Below, piece by piece: positions 19,800-31,100 of a stretch of 64,000 bases of DNA; position 1 is the first letter of the stretch, and every line of letters starts with the position of its first letter. A program made the position numbers and the translations under genes. Source of the stretch: a virus; IMG/VR virus record IMGVR_UViG_3300047480_000598, positions 64,001 to 128,000 of that record; one strand, given 5' to 3'. The notes beneath the pieces were generated by a model. It was not told where the DNA came from. It saw only the letters and a list, made by a program, of their open reading frames with translations, and made no database searches.

Positions 19800-22700
19800 T
19801 TACCTACGATTCCATGTCTTCATAAAGTACGACATTGCCATACCGTCACCGTCCCATCCTGCAAATTCTCCTTGCATTCTTGCCATAACTGGAATATTCA
19901 CTACCCAGCCCGCTGACCCTTCAGGAATAGTACTTCTAATCTTATCTGCACCACCAACTACAACAGTACCAGCAATTAACTGTCCAGTAAACGTATTAGA
20001 TCCACCTTGTGATAGACGACTAGTTAAGTACGCTTTAATTGCTCTTTGTGTTGGAATAATATTATTACTATTAGCAATAAATGTTGTATCTGTACTAAAT
20101 TGTCGAACAACAACACTTGATCCTCCAACTGCTATGCCACCTAATGATAATGTTTCTAATCCAGTTAACCCAAATTGTGTTGCACTTAAAGTTACAATGC
20201 CAGTTGCTTGTTCGACTCCGAACAAGTCTCCAACTTTAAAGTTTCCGTCTTGATCTGTACTTGTATAAAAAACACGACCAAAATTTACTTCAACTGCTTG
20301 ATCTTGTGGTGCTAATACAGTATCTTCGGGTAAGTTTGGATAATTTGACTGTATTGCATTTCCATAACCGACATTTAAGAAATCATGTCCAGTTAGTCGA
20401 CATTGACTATATTTGGTTCTAATAATTAATGCTGCTTCATGTTCAGGGCTTTTTGCAACAGTCATCTCTGGAGATATTTCGATATTTGCCATAATATTCG
20501 GAGCCATAGTTCCATAAACTGGAGTTGCACGAGTGACTTTGTAAACAGTGCTATTGTCAGCAATTACTAAATTGTCACCTGGTGACGGTAATGCCGATAA
20601 ATTTTTAACAATTAATCTTAATCCTGACTGGAACGTATCTGCATATCCGCCACCGTTGATTGTTACTATTGTAGAATTAGTGTTATAATCTTGGCCTTTG
20701 TTAATAAATGTAGGATTAGCAAGAACCCCTTTTCCTATCCTCACTGATGTAGTTACACTTAATGTTATGTTAGGATCAGTAATTGTAACTGATGGCGCTG
20801 TTGAATAATTTGATCCAGGTTCAAACATAGTGATAGAATCAATAGTACCCGATGTTACGTTGACTCTTCCTTTTGTAGTCGATCCGGCTTTGATAATACT
20901 TCCTGATGTTGTTCCTCCAATTGCTACAAAAATACCATCATTAGTTGTTGGATCTAATCCAAACACAACATTATTAAAAGAACTGCTATCAATAGACCGG
21001 AGTGTCCATGAATAACCATCTTCTGTAGTATATGCATTTCCTGAAGAACTACTGCCTGCAACAAATATTCCTTGTCCGTATACGATTCTATCAACTCCTA
21101 ATATAGTATAAGGAGATTCATTCCAAGTAACACCGTCAGAACTATATGCCGGACTTACATTATCTGAGCTTGCTACAGAAACAAACAAACTGTTACCGTA
21201 CGACACACTTGCCCATGTAGACGAACTCGGCATAGTCGAACTGACCCAATTAATGCCATCTGTGCTGTATGCCGCTGTTGTTGTACCTGATGCTACAGCA
21301 ACAAATCGGCCTCTGCCGTAAGTTAATCCAGTCCATGTTGCAGAAGGTAAACTTGCTCCGTTGTTCCATGTTTTTCCGTAATCTGTAGAATATGCAGACT
21401 TATTAGTTCCTGTTGCTATTGCTACAAATTTACCATTCCCATATACAACATGCGACCATGTTGATGCCGACGGCATTGTAGTTGATTTCCACCCTTCTCC
21501 ATTGTTTATAGAATAAAGTGCAGTTGTAGAAGTCATACCTCCGGATGAGATAATAACCCATCGACCGTCCCCAAAAGCAATTCCTGACCACGTGTTAGAG
21601 GACGGTAATGACATTGAATCCCATGTATTACCCCCATCATCAGAAATTCCTGCAATTGCATTGCCATCCGGAACTGCAATAAATTTCTGATTTCCGTATG
21701 CAATGTAACTCCAGGATGTTCCTAATGCCGCAGTATTAATTGTTTTGTTTGTTTGACTAAATGACGGTTTAGTATAGGAAATTCTTGGTTCAACATAATA
21801 AACTGCCGAATTATCTAATTGAGTTTCGATAGAAGTTCCCGGATGTATGTGATCCCATCCTACTGCTGCAATATTCATCGACCCTGTATCTGTTTTTAAT
21901 GTAATAGGAGATCCGCCTAATGAAGAGCTAACAGTAAATGTTGTTGGACTATCGATTGTCTTAACATAATAGTTTGTTCCTTTTGTTACATCACCGAATA
22001 AGCTAGTTGAATATGTACCATTCATCGATCCGTAACCAATCGAAATACTAGTCTTAGTGTTAGTGCTGACTCCCTCCATGCTTCCGGATCCGTTTGACAA
22101 CTCGGTCGGAAGTGGAGTCGTTCTAACTAATACATCACAAACTGATGTTGACAAGTTAACAGCTGATCCGCCCGGAGAGACGCTAATAGTAAATGTCGTC
22201 TCATCATTAATAGCAAGAATGTAATATGTAATTCCTGTCGTGATTCCGCCGGTAGTCTTTCCGATAAATTGGATCGGATTGTTGGCAATAAATCCAGAAG
22301 TTGAATCAACTGTAATTAGATTAGTTATTGTTTCGGTAGAAGTTGCTGCTGTTTCGATTAACGAACCTACTACAGTAAAGTTACCTGAATTTATAACTTT
22401 GTTAATGTAGTATACTGTGTCTGCAACAATATTTCCAAATACAGTTCCTGTAAATTTAATGGGATTTAATGGAACTAATTGGGTTGTCGACGATGTAGTT
22501 AGATAATTGGTCCCTGTTGCTGTACCGGTTACGGTTACAGTCACTAACGATGACGAAATAGTAAATTTTGATGGGCTAACAACTTCATTGATATAATAGG
22601 TCGTTCCTACACTTAACCCTCCGATAGATACTCCGGTAAATGTTATAGGCATAGTTATTTGCATATTAGAAGTAGATCCAGCTAGATAATTATTATACCC

Positions 22701-25700
22701 AGGGAAGGTCATAGTCATTGACCCTGTTCCGCTGTTTAATAGCCAAACATTACCAAATATTTCAGTACTAATATTAAATGTAGTAGTATCTAAAATCTCT
22801 TTTACATAATATGTAAAATCAGTAGTAACGCCGCCATACACTGATCCTGAAAATCTAATAGGCATATTAATTGTTAACTTTGCAGTATTATCTACAGTCA
22901 TCGTATTAGTTGATCCGCCGATAACTGTGGTCACAGTTAATGAATCTAACCCTGTAGTAGTAACATTGGTATTATAATATGTCGGAATAAACTGAACTAT
23001 TTGATTTAGATATAATGTACTTGTAGTATAACCAGGATTTAAAGTTAGTATTCCGGTTGTATTATCTGTAGAAATTACATTTAAAATCGAAAATGATTCT
23101 TTTAAAATAGATGCAGTCTTAGTTACTGCATCATCAAATGAAGAAATATAGCCATATTGTCCTGCACCGGTACCTGATTCAATAAACAACCTCATACCGA
23201 TATAGTTAGTTTCAGTATTTGTATCCGATCCTGCTAATAAAATACTTAAATCGTCGCCGCCTTGTGCGTTGTTAGACGACACTAAGTAACCACGACCGCC
23301 GACTCCGGTTCCTGTGTCAGTTATACGAGTTTCAAATACTGCATTTGATCGAGTTTCGTCCCCTAATAAATCAGCTCCAATTCCCGAACCAGTTACAGTA
23401 AAGTTAGCATTACTAGTAAATTGATTCGTTTTAGTTTCTAAATAAAATGTAGGATCATCGGTTAGTTGAACTTGTGATCCGTACACTCTACTACTTCCTG
23501 TAAGTCCTGATTTACCTCGAGGGTATATGCGTACTTGTAAGTTATTATTTAGAGCAATCTTATCATAAACCGTCATCCATATTCTGTACCATCCGTTTGT
23601 AAGCTCTAACTTATCGTATGTCTTTGGAAGAGCACCGTTCGAATCGATTGCTGCACTTAAATCTCCTGTAGAAAAATTATAAGTTAAGGTAGTAGTAGCA
23701 GTAGTATCCCCACTAAAAATTGCACTAATGTCAATCGATGACGAGGTTCCTTGCTTTACATAAATGCTAATTGTATAACTTTGATTACTATTTGTAGGTA
23801 CTGTTCCACTTACACTAACATCTAAAATTGCCGAACCTGCAAGAGAAGTAACTGTTAAATAACAATCGTTAGTCCCGTCTGCTCCGCCAAATGTACTTCC
23901 TGGAATTCTTAATTCATTACCAGTAACATACCCACTTCCTCCATTATTAACAACCGCAGTATATCCTGTACTACCAACAGTAATATCAAAAGTTGCATTA
24001 ACCCCCGACCCGGATATGTTTAAAGTTTCAATATTAGTATATTCTCCCCCGGGTGGTAAAACATTGATATTTTGATAAATGTAACTAGCATCAGTACTCG
24101 ATGTTGTTCCTGTTAGAGTCCAGGCATCAGTCTCGTTAAACGGAGATGTTGAATTTTTTTGAATTACTACGTTACCGTCGGTACTCCATGATGTAAAAAT
24201 ATTACTATTTTTTATAAGATTTGTTGTTTGTTCAATATAGTTTGAACCTGCATTTACATATTCAATAGACAATAGTTCAGCAGATGACCCGAAAGCACTT
24301 TGAACACTCGCTTGTACTTGAGCTGATCTATTATCAATTAAACCGGTAATTGGAACTTCGGTATCATCATATCCTTCGGCAATAACGCCATATGTACCAT
24401 AAGAGCTGTTACCGTTTGTTGCACGAATACGACCGCCGTTTTCTGCAAAATAACCTGCATAGTTGTAATAAGAGAATACAGAAACACATTCAGTTAACGA
24501 CTGTGTACCGGTGCACCAAACTCCCACTCCGTCGGAAAGAATTTGTGTGTAATCGTTAGCGACCATTGAACGATTGCCACCGTTATGTAATGTTCCATCA
24601 ATCTTCATACCGGCACAACCGATACCAAAAGTTGTTACATTTTGACAATACGGGCTTCTATTAATAATCCATGCTCTAGTATCATCCGGTCCTGTTCCAG
24701 GATCTAAACTTGTGTAAGATCCACCAGTCGGTCTACGGGTCGTAAAAGTATTAGGGCTGCTTAATGAGCCTGCTAATCCAGTTAATGTCATATTACGAAT
24801 ACCTGTCGCATTTCTCATATAGAACATATCTTTTAAGCAGTCACCAGCATATACTGTCATATTTCCGATGCCAGACGTTAAGGTAACAGGGTCACCGCCT
24901 TCGGTTAAAGAAATCGTAACAGTCTTGTTAATAATTGATGCAACATAATAGGTCACTCCGAGATTAATTCCGCCAAAATCGTCATTAATACTCGATGCCG
25001 AAAATTGTATTGGCATTCCTACTTCTAATCCTACGACTGATAAGAATGTAAATCGATTTGTTAACGAACTACATGATTTAGTAAGAGTAGTAAATCTTGT
25101 TATAGGTTCTACTACTGCGCCTCTTAACTCGTCTCCTACTAATGCGGTATTATCCGGAATGACAATTGGTAATTCTTCAGAAAATGTACCAGTCTTAACA
25201 AAAATAGTTGCAGTTGCTCCGATATTAATTCTAGGAAGTTTTTCAGTAGTTGCATGTTCAATAGAAAAAATTACTAGATCCAACAATGTAGATATTTCAG
25301 TGTAGGAATTAACTTCGCTAACAATTGATAGATTTTTATTCTGAGGGACTATAAATTCCGGAAGATCGTACATAAACTCCCAACTTTCAATAGCATCCGG
25401 AGTGTCAGTATTATCATCAATTAAACTTGTAAAATAACCGTCTAAGTAATATACAACGTCTCCTGTTTGATATGTAGTTCCTGAATCCCATAGAATATTT
25501 TCGTTTTGATAACTTATAGTAGGATCAGTATTATCTAAAATAAATTCAATTAACAACTTTAATCTTTGTAATGATGCAACAATATATGGTTGAGCAGCAT
25601 CGGTTGCGTCATTAAAAAATGTAGTAGTGCTATTTTCTTTAAAATATGCTTTTGTAGCAGTAATAATTCTACTGTTACTTCCTCGAACAATATCATGAGA

Positions 25701-27326
25701 TAATGCATCAATTATATATCTTGCATCTCTTTTTGTTGAGTATTCGTCAAAAACAGATGACGATGTAAACGGGCTGTTATTATTGTTCTTTTGAAATAAC
25801 ATCCACTGATACATTTCTTCTATTAAATATTCTTTATTATTAACTAACAATGTATTTGCATTTTGAAAGAAAAATCCTTGTGATATCGATTCACATGCAT
25901 ATTTGATAGACCTCCATGGTTGGTCCCACGTTTTTCCATACTCTACATTATCTATTCCGGTTGTTGCAACATAAAATATGTCGGGTAGTTCAAATATTTT
26001 CCTCCAGTTTGGCTGAGTTCCTTCTATTTTTAATAGGTATCTGTCGGTATCTCCTTCGACACCATTTTCTGGTAGAATATGTATAGGTTGTGCTGATCCA
26101 TTATGGTAAGAAACTAAATCTCCTAACGTATTTCCTGCGTTTTCTTTTGCATGGATTGCATACACATCCCATAAAGAGTTAGTATCAAGATCGGGGCGAG
26201 ATATTGCACTTGAAGTGTGAGTACTAACACATTTATAAGTAATATTTTGCCAAGAAACTAATTCACCGACTACGTAACTAGTATTTGTAATCCAGAAATT
26301 TTTCCAAGAAACACCGGGAACAATTACTGACCAATATGCAGTATCATCTCCGGCATTAGCTGACGGGTCTTGTCCAGAACTATCGGAAATCGCAGTATAT
26401 AAATAACCTCCTCTATATACCACATCTCCTATTTTATAACTTGAACCACCTTGCCATTGTTGTCTACTAAGATACCCTTGTGTTAACAAATTCCAATCTG
26501 TGCTAGATACTGTCGGGATATTATTTTGATTATTAATAGTTTTACCTACATAAGAATATCCACCATAAACAGCAATATCTCCCGGTTGATAAATTACAGA
26601 CGACGACCATTGACCTGTGTACTCCTGTCCAGGTAGCCATAGATCCCATTTTAATTCGTCAAATAGTATAGATGATGTATGCCCTTCGATACATTTATAG
26701 ATATCTGTACCGTTTCTAGATAAATCATTTACTTTGTATCTTACAGAAGAATCCCAATCTCCTTTATATTCGATTCCTGCATTAACAATTTCCCATTTTG
26801 AATTTTCTTGTGTCGGTAGGCCTTGATCGGCTTCAAGACCTAATGCAGATGTTGATGCAGAGATATGATCAACTATACAACGATAAACAATTCCACCATA
26901 TTTTACAATATCACCGTAACTATAAACAGTTGACGTAGTCCAAGATGACTCCCAATTGTCAAATTGCGAATATGTTGTCCATTTAGTTAAATCAAGTTGG
27001 GTTGATCCACTGGTATGTTGATCGGTACAAATATAAACAATACCACCGTATGTAACAATATTTCCAAAATAGTAATATGTGTTAGGTTCCCATGCGGTTT
27101 TCCAAGCACGGCCGTCAACCATTAATAACCATCGAGGTAAACTTGCACCATCGGATGGACGTATGTAAGTTAAATCACTATAAAAATTAGTAGATGTATG
27201 AGGGTCTAAACAAACATATGTTTTTCCATTATAATGAACAACCGCATCTCTGTTATAATCAACATCTGTGTCCCAATATCCTTTCCAAGTATATCGCAAT
27301 CTACCAATTTTAAATTCTGAAGCCAT
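19800..27326 (-). CDS. Giant 2508-aa virion/fibre protein (paralog of 7640..19735)
   Basis: Same N-terminus (EFKIGRL), Trp repeats, beta-helix, propeller-like repeats and C-terminal RLTGHDFL...TSTDQDGNF domain. Confidence 0.85.
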   Translation of the reverse strand: MASEFKIGRLRYTWKGYWDTDVDYNRDAVVHYNGKTYVCLDPHTSTNFYSDLTYIRPSDGASLPRWLLMVDGRAWKTAWEPNTYYYFGNIVTYGGIVYICTDQHTSGSTQLDLTKWTTYSQFDNWESSWTTSTVYSYGDIVKYGGIVYRCIVDHISASTSALGLEADQGLPTQENSKWEIVNAGIEYKGDWDSSVRYKVNDLSRNGTDIYKCIEGHTSSILFDELKWDLWLPGQEYTGQWSSSVIYQPGDIAVYGGYSYVGKTINNQNNIPTVSSTDWNLLTQGYLSRQQWQGGSSYKIGDVVYRGGYLYTAISDSSGQDPSANAGDDTAYWSVIVPGVSWKNFWITNTSYVVGELVSWQNITYKCVSTHTSSAISRPDLDTNSLWDVYAIHAKENAGNTLGDLVSYHNGSAQPIHILPENGVEGDTDRYLLKIEGTQPNWRKIFELPDIFYVATTGIDNVEYGKTWDQPWRSIKYACESISQGFFFQNANTLLVNNKEYLIEEMYQWMLFQKNNNNSPFTSSSVFDEYSTKRDARYIIDALSHDIVRGSNSRIITATKAYFKENSTTTFFNDATDAAQPYIVASLQRLKLLIEFILDNTDPTISYQNENILWDSGTTYQTGDVVYYLDGYFTSLIDDNTDTPDAIESWEFMYDLPEFIVPQNKNLSIVSEVNSYTEISTLLDLVIFSIEHATTEKLPRINIGATATIFVKTGTFSEELPIVIPDNTALVGDELRGAVVEPITRFTTLTKSCSSLTNRFTFLSVVGLEVGMPIQFSASSINDDFGGINLGVTYYVASIINKTVTISLTEGGDPVTLTSGIGNMTVYAGDCLKDMFYMRNATGIRNMTLTGLAGSLSSPNTFTTRRPTGGSYTSLDPGTGPDDTRAWIINRSPYCQNVTTFGIGCAGMKIDGTLHNGGNRSMVANDYTQILSDGVGVWCTGTQSLTECVSVFSYYNYAGYFAENGGRIRATNGNSSYGTYGVIAEGYDDTEVPITGLIDNRSAQVQASVQSAFGSSAELLSIEYVNAGSNYIEQTTNLIKNSNIFTSWSTDGNVVIQKNSTSPFNETDAWTLTGTTSSTDASYIYQNINVLPPGGEYTNIETLNISGSGVNATFDITVGSTGYTAVVNNGGSGYVTGNELRIPGSTFGGADGTNDCYLTVTSLAGSAILDVSVSGTVPTNSNQSYTISIYVKQGTSSSIDISAIFSGDTTATTTLTYNFSTGDLSAAIDSNGALPKTYDKLELTNGWYRIWMTVYDKIALNNNLQVRIYPRGKSGLTGSSRVYGSQVQLTDDPTFYLETKTNQFTSNANFTVTGSGIGADLLGDETRSNAVFETRITDTGTGVGGRGYLVSSNNAQGGDDLSILLAGSDTNTETNYIGMRLFIESGTGAGQYGYISSFDDAVTKTASILKESFSILNVISTDNTTGILTLNPGYTTSTLYLNQIVQFIPTYYNTNVTTTGLDSLTVTTVIGGSTNTMTVDNTAKLTINMPIRFSGSVYGGVTTDFTYYVKEILDTTTFNISTEIFGNVWLLNSGTGSMTMTFPGYNNYLAGSTSNMQITMPITFTGVSIGGLSVGTTYYINEVVSPSKFTISSSLVTVTVTGTATGTNYLTTSSTTQLVPLNPIKFTGTVFGNIVADTVYYINKVINSGNFTVVGSLIETAATSTETITNLITVDSTSGFIANNPIQFIGKTTGGITTGITYYILAINDETTFTISVSPGGSAVNLSTSVCDVLVRTTPLPTELSNGSGSMEGVSTNTKTSISIGYGSMNGTYSTSLFGDVTKGTNYYVKTIDSPTTFTVSSSLGGSPITLKTDTGSMNIAAVGWDHIHPGTSIETQLDNSAVYYVEPRISYTKPSFSQTNKTINTAALGTSWSYIAYGNQKFIAVPDGNAIAGISDDGGNTWDSMSLPSSNTWSGIAFGDGRWVIISSGGMTSTTALYSINNGEGWKSTTMPSASTWSHVVYGNGKFVAIATGTNKSAYSTDYGKTWNNGASLPSATWTGLTYGRGRFVAVASGTTTAAYSTDGINWVSSTMPSSSTWASVSYGNSLFVSVASSDNVSPAYSSDGVTWNESPYTILGVDRIVYGQGIFVAGSSSSGNAYTTEDGYSWTLRSIDSSSFNNVVFGLDPTTNDGIFVAIGGTTSGSIIKAGSTTKGRVNVTSGTIDSITMFEPGSNYSTAPSVTITDPNITLSVTTSVRIGKGVLANPTFINKGQDYNTNSTIVTINGGGYADTFQSGLRLIVKNLSALPSPGDNLVIADNSTVYKVTRATPVYGTMAPNIMANIEISPEMTVAKSPEHEAALIIRTKYSQCRLTGHDFLNVGYGNAIQSNYPNLPEDTVLAPQDQAVEVNFGRVFYTSTDQDGNFKVGDLFGVEQATGIVTLSATQFGLTGLETLSLGGIAVGGSSVVVRQFSTDTTFIANSNNIIPTQRAIKAYLTSRLSQGGSNTFTGQLIAGTVVVGGADKIRSTIPEGSAGWVVNIPVMARMQGEFAGWDGDGMAMSYFMKTWNRR

Positions 27327-27347
27327 TGTACTGTTCCTTTTTCAATA

Positions 27348-27725
27348 TTAACTTATTTGTGATCCTGCAGGATAGTCGTATTGTTTATTTACTCTCGCTA
27401 CAAATTCGCCGTTATCGTTTATATAATAAAACATATTTTTATTATCCCACCGATATTGATCCCATTGTAAATTTGTATGAGGTCTACTATGATCAGACTC
27501 AAGCCTTCCGTCAAAGTAATCTGCTCCATATTGAAACTCGGTATAATCATTTTCAGTTAATCCAGGATTATTAATAATAATTTCTGCATCAATATCTCTT
27601 AATTGATCAATTTTAGCAAAATATAATATTCCGTCATCCGTTCTACGTATTGCATAAAAAAATCTCGGGTTTCCGATACCTAATATATCGTCTTGATTTA
27701 CTTCATTACCAATATAATATGTCAT
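27348..27725 (-). CDS. Hypothetical virion-associated protein
   Basis: 125-aa ORF tightly packed in the structural operon, SD AAGGA. Confidence 0.7.
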   Translation of the reverse strand: MTYYIGNEVNQDDILGIGNPRFFYAIRRTDDGILYFAKIDQLRDIDAEIIINNPGLTENDYTEFQYGADYFDGRLESDHSRPHTNLQWDQYRWDNKNMFYYINDNGEFVARVNKQYDYPAGSQIS

Positions 27726-27736
27726 AATAATTATCC

Positions 27737-28093
27737 TTAAATAATTTCAACATAGCTCATAACTAGATCTAAGCTGTCTGCTACAGTTGCTTGTATATAA
27801 ACTTTAGTCGACGAAGATAAAATTAATTTTTCACCTCCGTTAATAACTCGTAAACTTTGGTTGGGAGGAATAACTACTCCTTTAATATAGTATGCGCTTC
27901 CTTCAACAGTCGGGGACGGGAGAGAAATGTCATCTAATTGTTCAATTCTTACATCAGCAAGAACTATACCCCCTGTTAAATTTGTTAAACTCATTCCGAT
28001 AACAGTTGCTCGAGCATTATTTGCTACCGATAATACGTTTGTTTCTGTTGTTCCTAATTCAGATTCTAGAACATTTTTAAAATACGTTGCCAT
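27737..28093 (-). CDS. Small beta-sandwich virion protein
   Basis: Paralog of 7296..7622; YIKGVVIPPNQSL...GEKLIL motif. Confidence 0.65.
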   Translation of the reverse strand: MATYFKNVLESELGTTETNVLSVANNARATVIGMSLTNLTGGIVLADVRIEQLDDISLPSPTVEGSAYYIKGVVIPPNQSLRVINGGEKLILSSSTKVYIQATVADSLDLVMSYVEII

Positions 28094-28100
28094 TTTATTG

Positions 28101-31100
28101 TTATCCTAATATTAATACCATTTGAATGCCGATGTCTGTTGCTTCTGCTGCGGTAATACCGGATGAAATACCAGCAACACTAGTCCAAATTAATCCAGTC
28201 CAGACTTCTACTAATCCTAATTCAGTATTAAATCGCATCATTCCAGTTTCTTTTAATGCAGGCCGGTCATTTTGTGAATCTCCTGCTGGAATTACGACTC
28301 CGTTAGTACCTGCGATTTTTACATATCCTTGACCGGTTTGTACAAATTCTGTAATTGCGTTCGAAACAACATTTGTTATAGTGTTATTTCTTATTCGCAT
28401 GTTTCCGATCTTAACCCCACCGGTTCCTGCGGTAACCAAATTTATATCACTATCGGGTAATAAAGTCGTAATGGTATTGTCGTAAATATCTAAATTATTA
28501 GTTTGGAATCTTTCTGTAAATAATTTAACACTATCAATTGTTGCTGTTAAATTGTTGTTTGCATAGAAATATAAAATATTATCGTTTGCTCCAGGTGTTG
28601 CTTCTGCTAATATTCTAGTATTACCGCTTACATCTTCTACCCCACCTAACTTTATCCAATACCCGTTTGCTCGTGCTTCGTATCTTGATGTAGTAGTGTT
28701 ATAACGAACCATACCGTTCGACGGGGTTGCAGGACGTTCTGCTGTGGTGCCGACAGGAATTATTAAACTTTGATTAGTATTAATAACAACACTACCAGTA
28801 CCTTGAGGAGTTAAAATAACATTCGAATCAGTAACTGTGCTTTGAATATTGTTATCTTGTACTTTTAATCCTTCGAATATTACATTACCTGTACCATTTG
28901 CTTGCAATATCAAATCGGTATTAGTAGTAGTTGTTTCTATAGTGTTGCCTGAAATAGTAATTACAGGAAGTTGTAGATATCCGGTGCCTGTAATGTTTCC
29001 AGTAACAGTAGTATTACCGCTAGTAGTAAAGTTACCAGTTTGATTTATATCGCCGACATGTGTTACTGTACCTGTTATTCCAACATTTTTAAGATAACTA
29101 GTTCCAGTAGTAACAGTAAAATCTTGAGTAACAGTTAAATTTTGATCTATCTGTACATCACTGCTAGGAATGTATATTCGACCTGTGCCATTAGCAATTA
29201 ATTGTAAATCGTCATTACCGATAGTTGTGCTAATAGTATTATTATCAATTACTACACCGTCAATTTCTATTCTATTAAGATATACATTCTTCCATCGTAA
29301 CGGAGTAATTCCGCCTTGCCCTAGATTGTATGTTGCAGTAGTTGACGGAATTAGATTACTATTAATACCTCCGATAAAATTAATGTTATCAGCAGAATTA
29401 TTACCTATTTGAATGTTACCGTTAAGGGTTACATCACCTGTAACATCAAGTGTTCCTGTAACAAAAGTATTATTTTGTAAATTAATTGTATTGTTTGCCG
29501 ATACTACATTTACATCACCAGTAAGACTTTCAATAGTGTTTCCACTTATTCGAATATTTCCTGTATCTATATTTGTTGGAAGTAATGTAGTTGTGTTTAC
29601 ACCGTCAGTAAATACTACTCCTTCAGGCGCTGTAATTGTTAATGCTTGATTATTAAACAATACATCGCCAGTTTTTTGATTTACATAAAATGCATCACCA
29701 ACTTTAAAGTTGCCTTCGTTATCAACACTAGTATAATAAATTTTAGCTCGATTTAACTCTACAACTTCATTTGCATCAATTCGATCGTTCGGGTCATTTG
29801 TTGATAATTTTCCTGATCCGATATATGCAAAGTTTTGTGATATTAAGTAAGCAATTACGCCGTCACCGTCACCGTAAATGCCGTAATTGCCGTATATGTT
29901 TGCCGATCCTATTGATCGAATTTCTGCTCCAAAATCCGAGTAATCAGCAAAATTAATTAAACTTGCGGTTCCACCTGCACTTGTTCTTAAATCTTGATAT
30001 GTAATTCCGTCATCTAAGAAAGTAGTTGAATTATTTGGTCCGTTAAAATGTAGTAATAATACTGTATTAAGATCACCAGTTAATGCGCTAGTAGGTGATA
30101 CGAATGTAGTATTATATCTAGATACACCTTTTGAAATCCTTACATCATCGACATATCCAGGAAATGCGTAATTGCCGTTTGGATCAGCTCCGATTCTTAG
30201 CCCTCTTGCTAGATAATTGTTAGAATCTGTATAGCTAGATCCAACTTGGGTTCCGTTTACAAATGCCTTTGTTACTCCGGTGTGTCGTGCTAAAACAACA
30301 TGCGACCAAGATCCAACTGGGACTGAGCCAACTGGTCCGATTCTATAATTTCCATTAAAGTAAAAATAAAGTGCATTAATATCACTTAAACCAAGAATAA
30401 TTCCACCTGTATCACCGGATGAAGATCTAAAATCAAATATTGTGCGGTATGTTCCTGTTGCTGTTGGATACACCCATGTTTCTAAACAAAAATCTCCGGT
30501 ACCAAATTCAAAATCTGGATTTGTTCCGATATTTGCAAAGTCTCCAGTTCCGTCTAACGATAAGCTAGCTGTACCAAACTTTTTTGTAATTGTAGTTAAT
30601 TTTGCGTCGCCGTTTGCAAATACTGTTTTTCCAGATCGATCGGTAATAGTTTGAAAACCGACACATTTACCTGTTAAGTTTATATAGTTTCCATCTATAC
30701 TTGCTATTGTACCTGAACCTAATACTGTAGTTCCGTCGGTATCATAATAAGTAACAGTATTTCCGACATTCCACGTGCCGGTTTTAGTATCGATTCTTAA
30801 CCTTGTTTTACCTTGTCCTGCGAAACCATCGTTGCTCGAAAATGCATTTATACCTTTATTTGCAAAATATGTAAACGAGTTTAACCATTCTATTCTCGAG
30901 CCGTTTGTAGTAGTAATTGTATCTACATTAGGTGTTATAAATGTTACAGAATGGAAAAGCATACTTGCTTCTTTTGAAGAAGTTGTTGCATATGCTCCAT
31001 CAATATATGCACCTTTACCTGCATCTCCTTGGGTAAATCCATAGGGGTCACTTACGCTTGTTACACTTCCTTTTGTAAGAACTGTACAGTTTCGAATATA

